From positions 1,178,001-1,242,000 of the forward strand of contig OZ218965.1 of NCBI GenBank assembly GCA_965112735.1: DNA of 64,000 nt, read 5' to 3'. The stretch's first letter is position 1; each line of letters begins with the position of its first letter. Source of the stretch: Phaeosaccion multiseriatum. Taxonomy: Eukaryota > Protista > Ochrophyta, other classes. Positions 49,031-64,000 of this stretch are shown here, piece after piece. The notes beneath the pieces were generated by a model. The model was not told the origin of the DNA. It worked only from the letters and a program-made list of their open reading frames with translations, and did not search any database. The translations under genes were made by a program, and so were the position numbers.

Positions 49031-50542
49031 ACACCCAACCGGACGGAGGGAGTGAAGAGCCCCCAGTCATGGGCAGCCAGAACGCGATTGCAAGCGCGTC
49101 CCGCCCATACCTTCCTTCTGGGTTCACTATGGAGAGAGTCTCTCTGGTCTCGGGTGGGACTTGCGCCAAGACAGGTGGTTACCCGCTCCGCTCCTGTAAC
49201 CAAGCAGTACACCACGATACAGCTGCCCCCTCCCTCTCCTCCCTCCTCCCTCCCCGTAAATATACATGGATGTCATATGCCTATATGCCTCTACCTAGCC
49301 CCTTTCGCCCTCCAAGCCCCTAGTCAGTTGAAAGTCGGCCCCTACGCCCACCCACCCAGATGCCTCCATCGGGGTCCTCAGTTGACCCAACAAGGAGTGT
49401 TGGGCATCTCGCCTGGCTGTGCCTGCAGCCAGCTTCTCCAGCTAGCTTGGACACGAGCAGCGCTGTGACCTCGGGGTGGGGATCAGGGGACGCCATTCCA
49501 CTGCTGTCGATCACGGCCACGTCCTCCACCGTCGACGAGTCCATGTTAGCGTCGTTCTGACTAAGCAGCTCAGGGAGGGAGGGAGGGAGGGAGGGAGGGG
49601 TGGGGTGGGGTGGCTAAGGAAGGGTGACTTGGGAGCAGCTGGGAAGGGAGGCGAGCGAAAGTATAGTACCCTTAGCGAGACGATGAGTGGGTGGGTGGGT
49701 AAGTGACTCGAGAGCGCCCGGGTAGGGAGGGCAGCAAGACAGAGAGAGATAGCTAGTTTCACCACTACACCACCACTCATAGCCCACGAGTACGAGTACA
49801 ACCAAGTATAGAAGAGAAATGATAGGGAGCAATTGATACCTGCCAATTAATTTAGGCTCGGAGAGGACCCCTTCCCTTCCTTCTCTGAGGCACTTGAGGC
49901 AGGGACTGAGAGGCTGAGCAACGCGAGACAAAGGCTCCCACCCCTCCCTCTGGGACTGAGAGGGCCACTAGTAACACACGCAAATGCCCCCCCCTCTCCC
50001 CCTTTCTACACGTGAGCAAATTGGTGCTCCAGCCAGCCGAAAACAGGAAGCTGGCAGCTGACCCGCTGGCACCGGCTTAGCCTCGCTTTCTCCTCTCTCT
50101 TCCTCTCCCTCTGTCTCTTCCCCTCTCTCTCTCTCCCTCTCCGCTCTTCTCTCACACATATACTCTTTCGCTCTCTCTCTCACACATACGACCTCTCTCT
50201 TCCCCCCCCTCTCTCTCTCCCTCTCTTTATCCCCCTCCCCTCTCTCTTTCCCTCTCTCCCTCTCTCTCTCTCTCTCGGCCACTGACAAGCTGAAAGGAAA
50301 GAAGGAAGAAAGGAAGAGGAAGGAAGGAAGGAAGGAAGGAAGGAAGGAGGCTGACTGGCTGGCCTCCACCCATGCCCCACGCGCACCCCCCTCGCCGTAC
50401 CCTTAGGTGCTTCTGCCACAAGTCCCCGGGGTACTCGTATAGGCGACCGCAGCAGCTCTACTTCAAACGGGAATTATCCTCGTTACCCTTCTCGCCCGAG
50501 GGGGCGCACCCCGCATAAAGACCAAGCCCTCCACCGCCTCTC

Positions 50543-51617
50543 CTACACGTTTGGATGTTGGTGCTCCATTGCAGAGAGCTGGAAGGCTGCTGGCAGCTCT
50601 CCAGTGCTTGGTGGCAGCTGGAGAGAGGGGCTGGAAGGCTTGCCCGGGGCATGGTCGTCCTCGCTACGAGACTGAGGCTCCTGGCCACGTGGAGTGGTCG
50701 GTGCCTGTGCCGCCACGCCTGCCCCATGCCTTGTGGGAGTGAGGTTGTTGAGGGAGGGAGGGAGGGAGGGAGGGACGGAGGGAGGGAGTTGAGTGAGTAA
50801 GTAAGGAGAGCGACATACTCCCTTACAGTTGTACTTGTTTGACAACTTACTTCTTGCAAACGCCGGCCCGTTGAGCGGTACTCTCGCAGCCGTCAATCCG
50901 GCACAGCTTCCGCTTTACTACGGCCCCATGCCTTGCGAGTGAGTGAGTCAGTGAGTGAGTGGAGGAGGGCGTGAGTGAGTGAGTGAGTGAGTGAGTTGAG
51001 TGGAGGAGGGAGGTAGTGAGCGTAAGTGAATTGATTATTGAGTGCGTTAACGTTACAATATGATTATGCAGCTCACCTCTTGCAAACGCCCCCCTTTTGG
51101 CTGCCATTTGTGCACCCGTCCACCCGACACTGGGTAGGCTTCACCACAGCGCCGTGCCGTTTGCAGATACCCTTGGCTTGGCTCTGATTCCCACAGCCCT
51201 CGATCCTGCACAGCTTCCGTTTCACTACCGCCCCATGCCTTGTGGGTGAGTGAGTGAGTGGGTGGGTGGGTGAGTTAGTTGAGGGAGGGATGGAGGGAGG
51301 GAGGGGGGAGTGAGTGAGTGAGTGAGAGTGAGCGAGTGAGTAGTAAGTGAGTACGTCAGTGAATGAGTGAATGAGTGTCTCACGAAGTGAACTGGCCAAT
51401 ACACAACTAACCTCTTGCACACGCCGGCCTTTTGGCTGCCATTGGGGCATCCATCCACCCGACACTGGGTAGGCTTCACCACCGCGCCGTGCCGTTTGCA
51501 CACGCCATTGGCTTGGCTCTGATTCCCACAGTCCTTCACTTCACACCCTTTCCTCTGTGCTTTCCTCTTCTTCCGCGCAGCAGCAGCAGCCCCCAACGCC
51601 CCTTCCCCGTCTTCCAT
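50543..51617 (-). CDS. WRKY19-type (CxxxGC..GxCxxHG) zinc-finger repeat protein, 5 fingers
   Basis: Exons 51617-51412, 51238-51077, 50931-50851, 50729-50543. Fingers CEVKDCGNQSQANGVCKRHG, CRVDGCPNGSQKAGVCKRHG, CRIEGC.., CRVDGC.., CRIDGCESTAQRAGVCKKHG. Basic RKKRK NLS-like motif. Confidence 0.85.
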
Positions 51618-52246
51618 CCCCCCCCCTATATTCTGCGTCTTCCCGCTGCGTCTTCCTGCTGCGTCAGCAAGGCCCTTTCGACTGGCCTGACTCCGTGAAA
51701 GCACCCGAACCCCCTCCCAGGAAGGAAGAGCCCGCCCGACAAGCTCCACTGCTCTTTTTCTCTCCTTCCCTCGATCCTCTCCCTCCTCCCTTTTTTGGAA
51801 GCGGAACCAATGTTCGCTGCAACGCTCCCTCTCCTGCTTTCGGACCCTACACTAATGATATTCCCTTCGGTCTCCAGCAGTCCCCGAGTAAGTAAGCACG
51901 GAGGAGAGCGGAGAGAAGGGGGGGTGAGGTGAATTAAGAGTGAGGAAGAAGCTTCCGGGAGGCCAGGTTCAGATGGCGACGCCCATGGCGCCGCCCGGAT
52001 GAAGAGTTTTAGGGGGATTATTTAACGCGGCAATCCGAATCAAAGAGCTTCCGGCTGGTTTCCTGAACCGTTAATCGCATGGTGACTTCTCTGCAGCCCC
52101 AGGCGTCCACAAACGGGACAGCGGGGTGCTCTGGTTGCGCCGGAAGCCTAGCCCTGTGAACTATTGAAAGGAAAGCAGGAAAGGAGATGCCTTGGTGCCG
52201 AGTTTCGATTTTTGTTCCCGCCACCACGGCCCGAAGGATTCGACAG

Positions 52247-63921
<11,675 letters not shown>

Positions 63922-64000
63922 TGTGTGTGTGTGTGTGTGTGAGTGTGTGTGTCCACGTTAGTGTGTGCGCCACTCTGTGCAACCCCTCCACTGCCATCCA

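Noticed and set aside
49320-49544. Short ORF MDSSTVEDVAVIDS..
   Set aside because: No recognisable domain or supportable exon structure.

Overview
Eukaryotic, GC-rich, intron-rich DNA from a photosynthetic ochrophyte-type (stramenopile) alga, inferred from a bipartite signal+transit peptide on a TL29/APX4-like gene, WRKY19-type CxxxGC zinc fingers and 7TM-RGS genes; the species cannot be determined. (1) 1-15164 is the right end of a tandem array (period ~3.8 kb, 4 full units here, continuing off the left edge). Each unit carries a head-to-head pair of single-coding-exon F-box-like + ankyrin-type (CPW) repeat genes. Across the 8 copies, framework blocks are invariant while five short blocks are hypervariable, almost only at codon positions 1-2. 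These blocks are shared patchwise between the inverted A and B genes. This looks like a natural, recombining DARPin-like receptor library and is the main candidate novel system. A hAT-like MITE sits at the array boundary. (2) 16275-37918 (-) is a large multi-exon chromatin protein: RFTS split by a Tudor-like domain, DDT, degenerate bromodomain, WHIM1/WSD, PDZ, and a BRWD/PHIP module split by a bromodomain. (3) TL29/APX4-like thylakoid-lumen peroxidase-fold gene. (4) A ~3.08 kb tandem duplication giving two 7TM-RGS genes. (5) A WRKY19-type zinc-finger gene with modular exons. (6) A mucin-like secreted ectodomain fused to a multi-pass TRP/FLC-like membrane domain, running off the right edge. Introns are filled with microsatellites and with a few short dispersed motifs that also invade exons. 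All exon structures and domain calls were read by eye; no searches were run.
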